This document shows positions 19,330 to 29,160 of a stretch of 64,000 nt of DNA, piece by piece. Within the stretch, counting starts at the first letter, position 1; every line of letters begins with the position of its first letter. Below the pieces are notes generated by a model, which was not told the DNA's origin, made no database searches, and worked only from the letters and a program-made list of their open reading frames with translations. The DNA is from a virus. The DNA lies in IMG/VR virus record IMGVR_UViG_3300045988_098681. One strand, 5' to 3'. A program made the translations under genes and the position numbers.

Positions 19330-20433
19330 TTAATTCTCCTTTGTTAATATAATGTTCGGAATTGTAATAGTGCCACTTGGTTTGCTTTTGCACCAAATTG
19401 TAACAATCCCATTTCCACTTGTCGCACCAATGTAATTGCCACTTTCTTGCTCTGTTGGGGCAAAGTTGACAAGTGGAATATAATCTGCTGTCGCGCCTGT
19501 TACTGTTAAATTCGCCTTAAATTGGTAGTCAGTATAGGTTGTTGTGTCGCTAACCCATGCAGAAAGAGGACAAGATATATTTGTGACAACTTTTATGTCT
19601 GGGATAGGTGTAGTGTTTGGAATTGCGCCTACATCAGATGCGGTAAGTGTGACTGCGCCTGTTTTGTTGTTTACAGAGGTAACTGGTGATATAGGAATTT
19701 CATCAACAGTCCACACATTATCAGGACTCAAAAGAAATAAGATCATTCTATCGGGTTTGAATGTGATAAACGCAAAAGAATTATCAATGGGGAGAACTGA
19801 TAGTCCGGTTAATTCATGGTTATCGCTAAAAAGCACTTTTTTACCTGCATTAAACGCATTTACTACTTCTTGGTACGCTGTTACGTTGTACATAGCCCAA
19901 AATATATCAAGCTTTGATTCTAAAAACTTTTTATTAACAATACCCATATCGGTAGTTGGTCCTGCGGAAACTTCGATTTTACCACTGTACAATGCTTTAA
20001 TGTAAGCATTTTGTTTATATTGACCATAATAATATCCATCTTCGCCATTCAAAAAACCTAACTCTATATTTCCGCCAAGAGAACTTCCTGAAATTACTAA
20101 TTCCTCAACGTCATCATTTATCTTAGTCCATGCCGCAGGAACTGTTCCCACATTTCCAGCAGTAAGCGTAATATCTGCGCTCAGAGCTTTGCCATTTACT
20201 TTTCTAGTATTCGGCACATATGTATTTTGCAACGTTGCAACCGCACCTTTAACCGCTGTCATATCGGTTTTAAGTGCGCTTGTATCGGTCTGCAAACTCT
20301 CAATGTCCGATTCTGCCAGAGCTATATTATCTTCGTTTGTGTTAATACGAGTGGATAATGCCGTATCAGCATCATCCACATATTCTCTTGTTGTTAAATC
20401 TTTGGGGTCTTGAATTGTTCCTAAATATTTCAT
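19330..20433 (-). CDS. tail fibre protein
   Basis: N-terminal coiled-coil heptads followed by KVNGKALSADITLTAGNVG, a phage fibre-type repeat; position in the fibre cluster. Confidence 0.55.
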   Translation of the reverse strand: MKYLGTIQDPKDLTTREYVDDADTALSTRINTNEDNIALAESDIESLQTDTSALKTDMTAVKGAVATLQNTYVPNTRKVNGKALSADITLTAGNVGTVPAAWTKINDDVEELVISGSSLGGNIELGFLNGEDGYYYGQYKQNAYIKALYSGKIEVSAGPTTDMGIVNKKFLESKLDIFWAMYNVTAYQEVVNAFNAGKKVLFSDNHELTGLSVLPIDNSFAFITFKPDRMILFLLSPDNVWTVDEIPISPVTSVNNKTGAVTLTASDVGAIPNTTPIPDIKVVTNISCPLSAWVSDTTTYTDYQFKANLTVTGATADYIPLVNFAPTEQESGNYIGATSGNGIVTIWCKSKPSGTITIPNIILTKEN

Positions 20434-20449
20434 AGGCTTGACCTCCTTT

Positions 20450-21826
20450 TTATAATGTTGTTACCACAATCTTTACTACATAAGTAACCGCTTTAGCAAT
20501 CGAAGCTGTTACTTTTGAGTCTTTTATAATTGAGTCTACAACAACCTCCTCCCCTGTTGTCGCATTTGTCGCAACAATAGAGAGGACTTCTTTATCACCA
20601 ATTTGGATTGCAACGCTCGTTGCACCAACAGCAATATTACCACTAACTTTTGTAATTGCTTTTGTTTTAAGTGTCGCAATATCAACAAGCGCACTTGTAA
20701 ATTTTGTGTGGTCTTCGGCACTCATAAGCCCATTCACGCTATCGGTAGCAACCGTTGAAGGAATCGTAACCTCGTGTTCGCCCGCCGCAGTTAATCTGCC
20801 ATATTGGTCTACGGTAAAACTAGGGACTTTGAATGTTGTGCCAAAAGCAGGAGTTTGTGCAGTTGAATCGCCATACCCACCTGTCGTAACGCCACTATTT
20901 TCAAGTGCGATTTCTCTAGTTGTGCCTGTGCCTGTTACACTAATTGGGCTATCGCCTGTAATGCTCGTGATTGCACCATCAATATTAGTTTGTACTACGT
21001 CCCAGTCGGAGTTTTGATTGCCTGTACCTTTTCTTGCTACAACAGCAATCATCAAATCGCCGACTTCGCACTTTTGCCCCACATAAGTTCCTGCTGTGCC
21101 AATCATATAGAGCCAACCTATATCGTAGGTAGTTGGAATATCGTCAACAGAATTGATCGTTCCTTTATAAACAATTCCTTGACTAGCAGAGATAATTGCG
21201 TCAACATAAGCCTTAATAACTTTATTTTGAACCGCATTGGTGCTAGTTGCAGACATTTCAGTATCAACTACCGGTTGGTCTGTTAAATCATTATAGCTAC
21301 CACTAAAGTCAGATGTACCTGCTCCAATATTGGCTCTAGCTTGAGTCTTTTGTTCGTTTGTTAAAGTTTGAGCCGTATATTTAACTGCGTTTGTAGTGAC
21401 TTCCCCACTTTGCCCATCTACACTCGTGACAGGCGTAATCGTGTTATTACCTAAAGTGATAACGCCACCCTCAATTTTAGCATCCACAATGCCATAGCCC
21501 GCAAGTGTAGTTGGAGTATCTAATACACCACTCCATTCAACACTATCGGCAACTCCACCGCCTGTGGTAGACAATGTACCCTCGGGGCTAATTTGTAAGC
21601 CTCCGCCTACTTTAATACCACCAAGCGTAGATGAACTTGCGATAGGAAGTTCATAAATCCCACCAACAGGCTTCCATTCTGTGCCATTGTGTTGGTACAA
21701 AAGTTTATCGGTTGTGTTAAAATAAAGTTGACCCGCTTTTCCATTTGCAGGTGGCGCAGCAAGATTTTGGATAACCGCATTTTGTAGCTCATTTTGCACT
21801 AAATCAATAGGAACTAAAAATTTCAT
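20450..21826 (-). CDS. tail fibre protein
   Basis: Contains SSTLGGIKVGGGLQISPEGTLS and a Gly/Thr/Ser-rich beta-repeat architecture typical of fibres. Confidence 0.55.
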   Translation of the reverse strand: MKFLVPIDLVQNELQNAVIQNLAAPPANGKAGQLYFNTTDKLLYQHNGTEWKPVGGIYELPIASSSTLGGIKVGGGLQISPEGTLSTTGGGVADSVEWSGVLDTPTTLAGYGIVDAKIEGGVITLGNNTITPVTSVDGQSGEVTTNAVKYTAQTLTNEQKTQARANIGAGTSDFSGSYNDLTDQPVVDTEMSATSTNAVQNKVIKAYVDAIISASQGIVYKGTINSVDDIPTTYDIGWLYMIGTAGTYVGQKCEVGDLMIAVVARKGTGNQNSDWDVVQTNIDGAITSITGDSPISVTGTGTTREIALENSGVTTGGYGDSTAQTPAFGTTFKVPSFTVDQYGRLTAAGEHEVTIPSTVATDSVNGLMSAEDHTKFTSALVDIATLKTKAITKVSGNIAVGATSVAIQIGDKEVLSIVATNATTGEEVVVDSIIKDSKVTASIAKAVTYVVKIVVTTL

Positions 21827-21841
21827 AAATTTGTCCTCCTT

Positions 21842-22216
21842 CTAGTTTAAGTAGCATGTTCCAGAAAACGATGCACTAAACTGTATCGTTAAATTCTCTT
21901 TGTCTAAATATGTAACTTCGCCCATAACTTGCGTCCCCGCAGAGTCCACCACCGTACAACTTGGGAACTTGTTGAGGGGGTGTTTAATCGTCCATAAATC
22001 GAGAGGGGTTTTCTGCTCATGTATAAATGTCTCGGGATTATTTACCCCATACAAGTACAAATCTTTTGAGGTCTTATCACCGATCAATTTTACGCCATTG
22101 ATAGAAGGTTTATTGTTGAGGTCATTATAATTTGAACTATCTATTGTTTGAGCAACGTTAGGTGTAACCAAAGCAATAGAGCCATCAATCGAGGCAATTT
22201 CCATGTTAATTTCCAT
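21842..22216 (-). CDS. hypothetical tail/baseplate-region protein
   Basis: 124-aa ORF in the structural operon; start overlaps the upstream stop. Confidence 0.55.
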   Translation of the reverse strand: MEINMEIASIDGSIALVTPNVAQTIDSSNYNDLNNKPSINGVKLIGDKTSKDLYLYGVNNPETFIHEQKTPLDLWTIKHPLNKFPSCTVVDSAGTQVMGEVTYLDKENLTIQFSASFSGTCYLN

Positions 22217-22569
22217 TATATCACCTCTTTATCAATCACCCTCACAACACGAATCTCATACTCAAGTGTGCCGATTATTTTATTTGTCGATTCGTTTTTT
22301 GCGCGAAGTTGTATTGAAATATTTTTATCCATTGTGAGCGTTTGTTCTTGTGTAAAAGTACACATAATCGCACACCCACAATCAGTTTGTGTAATTGTTA
22401 AATCTTCGTTCGTTAAGACGAAGTATTTGTTGACACCTGTTTTGACCGCAATACGCACATTATAACCTTGCGATAAATCATAGTCAACATTCAAAGTTAA
22501 AACAGGAGTTGTACCTTGCACGATTACAAGTGGTTTATCGACCTTGTAGCAATCGCTTTGACATCTCAT
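22216..22569 (-). CDS. hypothetical tail/baseplate-region protein
   Basis: 117-aa ORF with an AAGGAGG RBS. Confidence 0.55.
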   Translation of the reverse strand: MRCQSDCYKVDKPLVIVQGTTPVLTLNVDYDLSQGYNVRIAVKTGVNKYFVLTNEDLTITQTDCGCAIMCTFTQEQTLTMDKNISIQLRAKNESTNKIIGTLEYEIRVVRVIDKEVI

Positions 22570-22628
22570 ATTATACCTCCTTTCTAACTAGCTATAAAAT
22601 ATTATTGTCAATATATATAGTATGCAAC

Positions 22629-22955
22629 TTAAAGTATATTAGATTCTACAAGAGACAATACAAGGTTATCTCTAATTTCATTTACAATTTTTTGTGGAAC
22701 ACCTCTATATTCTTCAACGGGTGCATCTTCATATTCAATCGAAAATCCATCAGTTGGAGTATATTTTACAAATCCTCGTTTGCCCTCTTTTCGTTCAATA
22801 ACAGGGTATGACTCTACAAGAAACCCTGTCTCTTTAAGTTGTTCCTCTGTCTTGATAGTCCCATCTTCATTTTTTATTCCATATTGTTCATCAAATGGTC
22901 TATAATGGGTCATAACAACTCTATTTGTATCCTTATTCGTTTGTATATAAACCAT
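22629..22955 (-). CDS. hypothetical protein
   Basis: 108-aa ORF with a GGAGGG RBS. Confidence 0.55.
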   Translation of the reverse strand: MVYIQTNKDTNRVVMTHYRPFDEQYGIKNEDGTIKTEEQLKETGFLVESYPVIERKEGKRGFVKYTPTDGFSIEYEDAPVEEYRGVPQKIVNEIRDNLVLSLVESNIL

Positions 22956-22963
22956 AAGCCCTC

Positions 22964-23248
22964 CTATCCCATTTTAAGTGCAATATATCCATTCCCTGCG
23001 TTGCCATTGATAGCTTTTACAACAACACTATCCCCAACAGCTAGTGTATCTGAACTTTTGTTTTTTAGTCCAGTGTATGGTTTATCGCCACCTGCAATTT
23101 GGACTGTATAATTTTGCCCATTTATTGAAAGAATTGTGCCATACATAATAGTCTCAACATTATTTTCTTTTAATATTCTACTACATTCGGAAGCCGCAAT
23201 TTTCTTCATTATTTTTATCAATATACTCATCTCATCTTGTGTAAACAT
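22964..23248 (-). CDS. hypothetical protein
   Basis: Start moved to the ATG after AAGGAGGTGG (MFTQDEMS...); the ORF-track start overlaps the upstream gene by 40 nt. Confidence 0.55.
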   Translation of the reverse strand: MFTQDEMSILIKIMKKIAASECSRILKENNVETIMYGTILSINGQNYTVQIAGGDKPYTGLKNKSSDTLAVGDSVVVKAINGNAGNGYIALKMG

Positions 23249-23262
23249 CTTGCCACCTCCTT

Positions 23263-24462
23263 TTAGCTTGGGTAATATGGCAATGTTGCTATATTTGTGC
23301 AATCTATTGTCATGTTTGAGTGAATAGATAATGGTATAGAAATAGATTGAATAATAAATCTATTGTCAAAGTAATTAAAGAAATCATCTGTTATCGCAAT
23401 ACAATTATTCACATCTAAGTGTATCATAAATGCACTACTAATTTGTACAGTTTGTTGTACGATTGATAACTTGTTTAACTCATAGTCGGCTCTATCTTGG
23501 GCAAGTGTTTGAGTGTAGATATTGCTGTCCTCTAAGTAATAATTTTTTATACCTATTAAATCTACTCTCGTTTGGCTTCTTGGATTAGTATTTTCTGACA
23601 CAGCTATGTAAAGTCCACCATCAGAATTTACATTTGCGCCAACTACTGTTACTCGATTACGAACATCGGTGAAATCATAATTTATATGACCCGAAAGATA
23701 CTCATACTCGGTATCTTTGAATATCCATAAGGTTGGTTTATTTACTTGTGAAATATCCTTAATACCACTCTGAATTACCAAATTACCATTTGTATTATAA
23801 TAAATATCGCAAGCAATCATATTTGCTAATTCAATTAACATATCACCGTAGGATTCATTAGCAGATTTTGACAAAGTATAAACAGTGGATTCATTGATAA
23901 GCGATGGGTCAAAGAAAATGGTCTTCAAATCAATCGGAACACCATTCCCATTATCTTGAAGTAAGGTATCTACAATTATATTATAAATCTTCTCTCCTGC
24001 ATCAATCTCATAGGTCGCATCAAGAGTTCCACCAAGAGTTCCGTCTAGTAAAGCGAACTTATCATAACATTGTATATCAATTATTTTTCTTGCGTCTTCT
24101 CTTGTTATTTGTGGTGTACCGATAACAAATATCCCCGCGCTATTCCATACAACATCTCCGTTAGCCATTTCCATACCTAAATCTAATTGAAATTTTGTAT
24201 TTACCCAAATTTTACTGTTAATACCATTCGGCGTAAATACTCCGCTCTCATTGTTGAGAGTAAAATTAAGGCTTCTTCTTTGACCTTGTGCATATTGAAT
24301 TTGTAAACTTCCAGATCCTTGAATAAGATACTCACTTATATCCTCTCTAAAAGATTCATCTGGATATAACAAGCTCAATCGAAATCTAGGGCGAATAGCT
24401 TGCTCTTTTACGATTTTAATATATTGTTGTGGGGGCATTTGATTGAAATTTATATTCGCCAT
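23263..24462 (-). CDS. baseplate/tail-tip structural protein (position-based)
   Basis: 399-aa ORF in the post-tape-measure cluster; no motif that I can name. Confidence 0.45.
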   Translation of the reverse strand: MANINFNQMPPQQYIKIVKEQAIRPRFRLSLLYPDESFREDISEYLIQGSGSLQIQYAQGQRRSLNFTLNNESGVFTPNGINSKIWVNTKFQLDLGMEMANGDVVWNSAGIFVIGTPQITREDARKIIDIQCYDKFALLDGTLGGTLDATYEIDAGEKIYNIIVDTLLQDNGNGVPIDLKTIFFDPSLINESTVYTLSKSANESYGDMLIELANMIACDIYYNTNGNLVIQSGIKDISQVNKPTLWIFKDTEYEYLSGHINYDFTDVRNRVTVVGANVNSDGGLYIAVSENTNPRSQTRVDLIGIKNYYLEDSNIYTQTLAQDRADYELNKLSIVQQTVQISSAFMIHLDVNNCIAITDDFFNYFDNRFIIQSISIPLSIHSNMTIDCTNIATLPYYPS

Positions 24463-24463
24463 A

Positions 24464-25312
24464 TTACCCTCCTATTACATTAACAGATTGAATATCATTT
24501 AATTGAACAAAATTGAATGATACTTGTGTAATTTGCTCTACGGACTCATCAATATACCGCATATTGTTACCCATCGTAGACACAACCCAACCGTTTCCTT
24601 TTCTATCTCTTAGCAGTTTCGGCGTTGGTTGGGCTATAAAATCAACAAACCTATTATATTGTTCAACTGTGTCAACATATCTACCATCTTTTATATTGTT
24701 AAGGAATGCAGTAATAGAACTTGATAAATAATTCTTTTTCCCGCTTGAAATTTTAGGGAATTGAGTAAAATTTTCAACTATATACTTATCTATATTTTGG
24801 TCGAAGCCACTAGATGTAAGCATAGTATCGAATAACCAAATATTATCACTATCAGCATAGTATAATCCGTTTATTCCGGAATCGTTTAATCCAACAATAG
24901 ACCAATTCCACCAAGATGCTTTTACAAAGTCCTTTTGTTCGAGTGGTGCTGAAATATAGTTCTCTGTCTCTGCAAAAATTGTATATTGATATTCATCGTT
25001 ATTTAATACATTAAAATCAGATACTTTATATTGAGCCGCCGGAACCTTGGCAACAAAAGTAAAGACAGAATCATCGGGTTTTCTTTTGTATATTTGCCAA
25101 GCTATAACATTATCAGATAATCCCACTACATTTCCACCATTTATATCAGAGTTAAATGGAGCAAGCATAAGTGTTGTATCGTCCCATTGTGGCGAATAAG
25201 TATAAGCTGACACAGTATCTATTTCAGACTGCTCTGCCACATAATTTTTTATCCAAACATAATCTACAATAGAATTGCCATAAAGAGTTGCTTTGTTATA
25301 TGAAAGTTGCAT
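24464..25312 (-). CDS. baseplate/tail-tip structural protein (position-based)
   Basis: 282-aa ORF tightly packed with its neighbours. Confidence 0.45.
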   Translation of the reverse strand: MQLSYNKATLYGNSIVDYVWIKNYVAEQSEIDTVSAYTYSPQWDDTTLMLAPFNSDINGGNVVGLSDNVIAWQIYKRKPDDSVFTFVAKVPAAQYKVSDFNVLNNDEYQYTIFAETENYISAPLEQKDFVKASWWNWSIVGLNDSGINGLYYADSDNIWLFDTMLTSSGFDQNIDKYIVENFTQFPKISSGKKNYLSSSITAFLNNIKDGRYVDTVEQYNRFVDFIAQPTPKLLRDRKGNGWVVSTMGNNMRYIDESVEQITQVSFNFVQLNDIQSVNVIGG

Positions 25313-25315
25313 GTC

Positions 25316-26770
25316 TTACGCCTCCTCTATCGTTGCTGTAAAAGCGTCTGTTGTGATGGTGCGAGATGCTGTAACGGATGTATCTATAAAACGCGCAGAT
25401 GATGGATATGAAGAATAATACACATGTCCATACTCGTCTAGCACATAAGCGAACATATTTTGGCACTTTAACACAATATCTTCGTTGTCGGCAGCTTTAA
25501 TCTTATATATGTATCCTGCAATATTGACACTCATAGTAAATACAAATTTGTCCCAAATAAGAGTGCCAGAACTTGTACCTATTGTATATTTCTTTTGCCA
25601 AATATTTGTATCTGATACTGGTTGTATGCTTTCAGTGTGTCTAAAAATAGCAGTCCAATTTTGATTTGTATCTTGTATTGCCATTGTAAATTTTCTTGCA
25701 CCAACACCAGAATATTGTACGTCATATGTTAACCCTACTATTGTAGTTGTTCCAACACTACCGCTTGTTCCATACCAAGGATAAGAATAAGTTCCTTCTG
25801 ATAAAAGAGAACCATCGTTAATACTATAACTTGTTATTAAAACGCTAGAAGCATATGAATAACATAAGTAAATATTTCCAACATTTACACGTCCATTGGT
25901 TGAATCATATGAAGTCGAATTTCTCATTATTGTGCCTTTTTCAAAGCCATGAGTTCCAGATATATTCTTTTTAAAAGCGACACTTCCTGTTTGAGTGTCT
26001 ATACAAACGATAACAGGAGACCCACTTGTTAATGGTATAACAGTGAATACAATCGCACTATCATTTATGTTCTTAAAAACGTCATATTTTTGTAATGAAC
26101 CAGTTTCGTATTTTATAGCAGATAAATCTGTTCCATTTTTTATAATTACTATATAATTATCACCTTGGCTCTGGTCGGAATAATTCATTTGGGCTGTTAT
26201 AATATATAATTCATCTCTACCAGCGAGATTGTTATAAATAGGTACAACATCCACACTAGTGCTCATTGTGCCGTCAGAACTTACTACAATATATTGCGAT
26301 AAATCGAATGTTGCTATTATTTCGTTGCTTGTTTTATTGATGCAATATACAAGTTTATCGTCATTAACATAGCAATATACTAAAAATTTTCCAAAATAAC
26401 AATAGTTAAACGGTTCAGGATATGGTGATTCAAATGATTCTGGAGAAACTATTCCAGAAATAGCAGTTTCTTTTATTTCCAAATTACTAAAACTTGTAAT
26501 CTCATATTCAATTCCATAATCATCATCAAGTAAAAAAGCAACGCTTTTATTTGCGCTCTCATCGAATGAATTAAAATTTCCATTGACATTAAAAAGTGTG
26601 GTGCCAGTCCTGATATTTGAACTAGTTAAGTTTTTATCTCCATAAATTGTTAAATCTTTATCTAATAATGTATCTTTTGGTATAATTTGATTATTTGTAC
26701 TAGGAGTAATACTTTCTATATTTAATGGATTTCCACTTTGACCGCCTATCATTCCATACGCATTTGCCAT
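25316..26770 (-). CDS. tail-associated protein sharing an N-terminal module with 26782-27075
   Basis: MANAYGMIGGQSGNPLN...IIPKDT...GDKNLTSSNIRTG parallels MADAYSLVGGLGGDYYT...VIPVDT...GDANLVSKNIKLG of the next ORF. Confidence 0.5.
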   Translation of the reverse strand: MANAYGMIGGQSGNPLNIESITPSTNNQIIPKDTLLDKDLTIYGDKNLTSSNIRTGTTLFNVNGNFNSFDESANKSVAFLLDDDYGIEYEITSFSNLEIKETAISGIVSPESFESPYPEPFNYCYFGKFLVYCYVNDDKLVYCINKTSNEIIATFDLSQYIVVSSDGTMSTSVDVVPIYNNLAGRDELYIITAQMNYSDQSQGDNYIVIIKNGTDLSAIKYETGSLQKYDVFKNINDSAIVFTVIPLTSGSPVIVCIDTQTGSVAFKKNISGTHGFEKGTIMRNSTSYDSTNGRVNVGNIYLCYSYASSVLITSYSINDGSLLSEGTYSYPWYGTSGSVGTTTIVGLTYDVQYSGVGARKFTMAIQDTNQNWTAIFRHTESIQPVSDTNIWQKKYTIGTSSGTLIWDKFVFTMSVNIAGYIYKIKAADNEDIVLKCQNMFAYVLDEYGHVYYSSYPSSARFIDTSVTASRTITTDAFTATIEEA

Positions 26771-26781
26771 AATATTACCTC

Positions 26782-27075
26782 CTATCTTTGAATTGATGTT
26801 ATTTTATATACAGAATAGCCTCCATCAATATATAAGTATGCAGTCCCTATTCCACCTACATTCTGAACCGCAACAGCAGAACCACTGATTCCGAATATTG
26901 AAATGCCCAATTTTATATTTTTAGAGACTAAATTAGCATCCCCTTTAACAATCGTTTCCTCATCAAAATATGTGTCAACAGGAATTACGATATTATTTGT
27001 AGTAGGTATAATTGGGTTGCTCCCAGTATAATAATCTCCACCAAGACCACCTACAAGACTATAAGCATCTGCCAT
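26782..27075 (-). CDS. small tail-associated protein (N-terminal module paralog)
   Basis: 97-aa ORF homologous to the first ~65 aa of 25316-26770. Confidence 0.5.
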   Translation of the reverse strand: MADAYSLVGGLGGDYYTGSNPIIPTTNNIVIPVDTYFDEETIVKGDANLVSKNIKLGISIFGISGSAVAVQNVGGIGTAYLYIDGGYSVYKITSIQR

Positions 27076-27077
27076 AT

Positions 27078-27446
27078 TTATGCACCTACCTTAATCTTAA
27101 TAATGTTGACAACGATATTTGTAGTAGGAGTCTTAGTACAATTAAAAGTGATAGAGTTTGTTATCGTCACATTGTTCGGATAAATACCAGCTTTTGCATA
27201 TGCCTCAAAATTATTAGGACTCGGAAATGTTAAATAAACATATCCAGTTGTTTCCAATCCTACCACTTGAATTGTTTGCGTATTCCCACTCCATCTATTA
27301 GAGGACAATGTTCCAGTTAAAATACTTGAGGTTGCATTAAATATTGCAGTATCTATTTTATCAGAATTAGAATTTATAATGTCAACACTTACAATCGAAT
27401 CGCCATCTGGTTTTTCTAAATTATAATGACTCGTAAATGTAGCCAT
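27078..27446 (-). CDS. hypothetical tail-region protein
   Basis: 122-aa ORF with a GGAGGTG RBS. Confidence 0.55.
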   Translation of the reverse strand: MATFTSHYNLEKPDGDSIVSVDIINSNSDKIDTAIFNATSSILTGTLSSNRWSGNTQTIQVVGLETTGYVYLTFPSPNNFEAYAKAGIYPNNVTITNSITFNCTKTPTTNIVVNIIKIKVGA

Positions 27447-27457
27447 AAAATCACCTC

Positions 27458-29104
27458 CTATATCTTGTTATACCTAAGTTCATTCCAAGTATAACTCCTT
27501 AAATCATTCCAAGTATAATTTCTCAAATCGTTCCAAGTAGTAGCCATAATTTCAAGAGCTGTTATTATTACTTCGTTTGGCAATAATGCTATCTTGAACC
27601 AATAATCAGATAAATTACCGCTCAATGGTTGCATTTGAACAGTTTCTTGCTTATTTATATCTCCATTGGAAATCTCATATATAAAAGAGCCACCTTGATA
27701 TGATAATTGGTATAAAGCATTGGTATAGTTTGTTGTTTCCATATCCTCATTTATATCATCCCATAGATATCTAAGGTTTGTGCCAGTGTTATTATAAATA
27801 ACATCGTTTCTTGGACTTGTGCCAGTAGTATCCCATGTATTAGTTGATATGGCAGTGTAAATAAGTTTTGTTGTTGTATTGTAATATTTATCGCCTGCTG
27901 TAGCAGACACTGGTGCGCTTGTACTCATTGCAACCAAATCAATATATTCACCCTCTTGTTTATAAATTATCCCACTAAAGTTATTATCTGTAGTGTGCCA
28001 ATTTATAAAAGTCGTAGATTCATATGGAACATATAAAGGTGATTGTGTTGAACCAATATTCCAAATGATATTTGTTCCATCATTTATTCTTACACTATTG
28101 CTACCGATATAAGGTTCATTTGTGAGAAAATCATATTGTGGGGATGTTGCAGTTTCAGATACTGCTTCGCCTCTATTTATCAATAATGGAGACCACATCA
28201 AATCTATTGAATCATTCTCACAATTTACTCTAGCTGTCGGCGGATTATCAATTTGTGGTTGAGCATATTGAACATCGAACCATATTGTAGGTTGATTCAA
28301 AATAACTCCATCTTGATTTTCTAATACTAAGCTGACACCATATCTTTCACTATTGATGAAGCCATCAAAAGTATATTCTATTACGCCTGCACTAATCTCA
28401 CCACTTCTATTTATAATCTCGCCCAACCGATTATAAATTATCCATTCAAAATATTTATACCCAATATTCTCATTCTGCTCATAAGTAGCTTTAAATGTAT
28501 AGGATTTGTTATCTACAATACTTGGAATTGCAGATAGAGTAAGGGTAGGATTCGTCCTAGCTTTAAAATAATAACTTGTAGAAGTTACATTGTTATTATA
28601 GATATTATAACTTGCATTATTATTTGCATACTGATATAAAGACGGATTTGTCACAACATAAACTTTTCCATCTTCCTCACCCATATCAGTAATTAACCCA
28701 CGATATGCTCCAATCTGCATATACATACCAGTTTTTACAAATTGATTTGGTCTAATATAAATGTGTTGATTAACAGTTGTCCCAATGCCTTGGCAAGTTC
28801 CATAAGTTATCCAGATATCTGCTATTTCTGTATATAGAGTAACACTCCATAAATAATCAACTCCATTTACTAATCCTACTGTTGATGGAACAGTAAACGA
28901 TAAAATATCGCCAGAATACAATGGTTTTGATAATGTAATTACACTAGATTGATATATACTTTCTCCACTATCTGTCGTAATTACATACTTATACGATGTA
29001 ACTTTTGTTCCACCATCGGCATTTATGTAACATGAAAATTCATTCACCTTTTTTCCATCTATATCTGATAAATATGGTGATGGATAGGACGGTTGGTATA
29101 ACAT
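27458..29104 (-). CDS. tail-tip/distal tail protein candidate with C-terminal octapeptide repeats
   Basis: This is the first gene after the tape measure. It ends in TWNDLRNY-TWNDLRSY-TWNELRYN. Confidence 0.45.
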   Translation of the reverse strand: MLYQPSYPSPYLSDIDGKKVNEFSCYINADGGTKVTSYKYVITTDSGESIYQSSVITLSKPLYSGDILSFTVPSTVGLVNGVDYLWSVTLYTEIADIWITYGTCQGIGTTVNQHIYIRPNQFVKTGMYMQIGAYRGLITDMGEEDGKVYVVTNPSLYQYANNNASYNIYNNNVTSTSYYFKARTNPTLTLSAIPSIVDNKSYTFKATYEQNENIGYKYFEWIIYNRLGEIINRSGEISAGVIEYTFDGFINSERYGVSLVLENQDGVILNQPTIWFDVQYAQPQIDNPPTARVNCENDSIDLMWSPLLINRGEAVSETATSPQYDFLTNEPYIGSNSVRINDGTNIIWNIGSTQSPLYVPYESTTFINWHTTDNNFSGIIYKQEGEYIDLVAMSTSAPVSATAGDKYYNTTTKLIYTAISTNTWDTTGTSPRNDVIYNNTGTNLRYLWDDINEDMETTNYTNALYQLSYQGGSFIYEISNGDINKQETVQMQPLSGNLSDYWFKIALLPNEVIITALEIMATTWNDLRNYTWNDLRSYTWNELRYNKI

Positions 29105-29121
29105 ATACCATTTCCTCCTTT

Positions 29122-29152
29122 CTAAAAAGAATATCCCCTGTCGAAACAGGGG
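29122..29152 (-). terminator. rho-independent terminator/attenuator just after the tape-measure gene
   Basis: Minus-strand CCCCTGT-TTCG-ACAGGGG stem-loop (29152..29135) followed by ATATTCTTTTT. The downstream gene's RBS follows immediately. Confidence 0.55.
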
Positions 29153-29160
29153 ATTCTATA

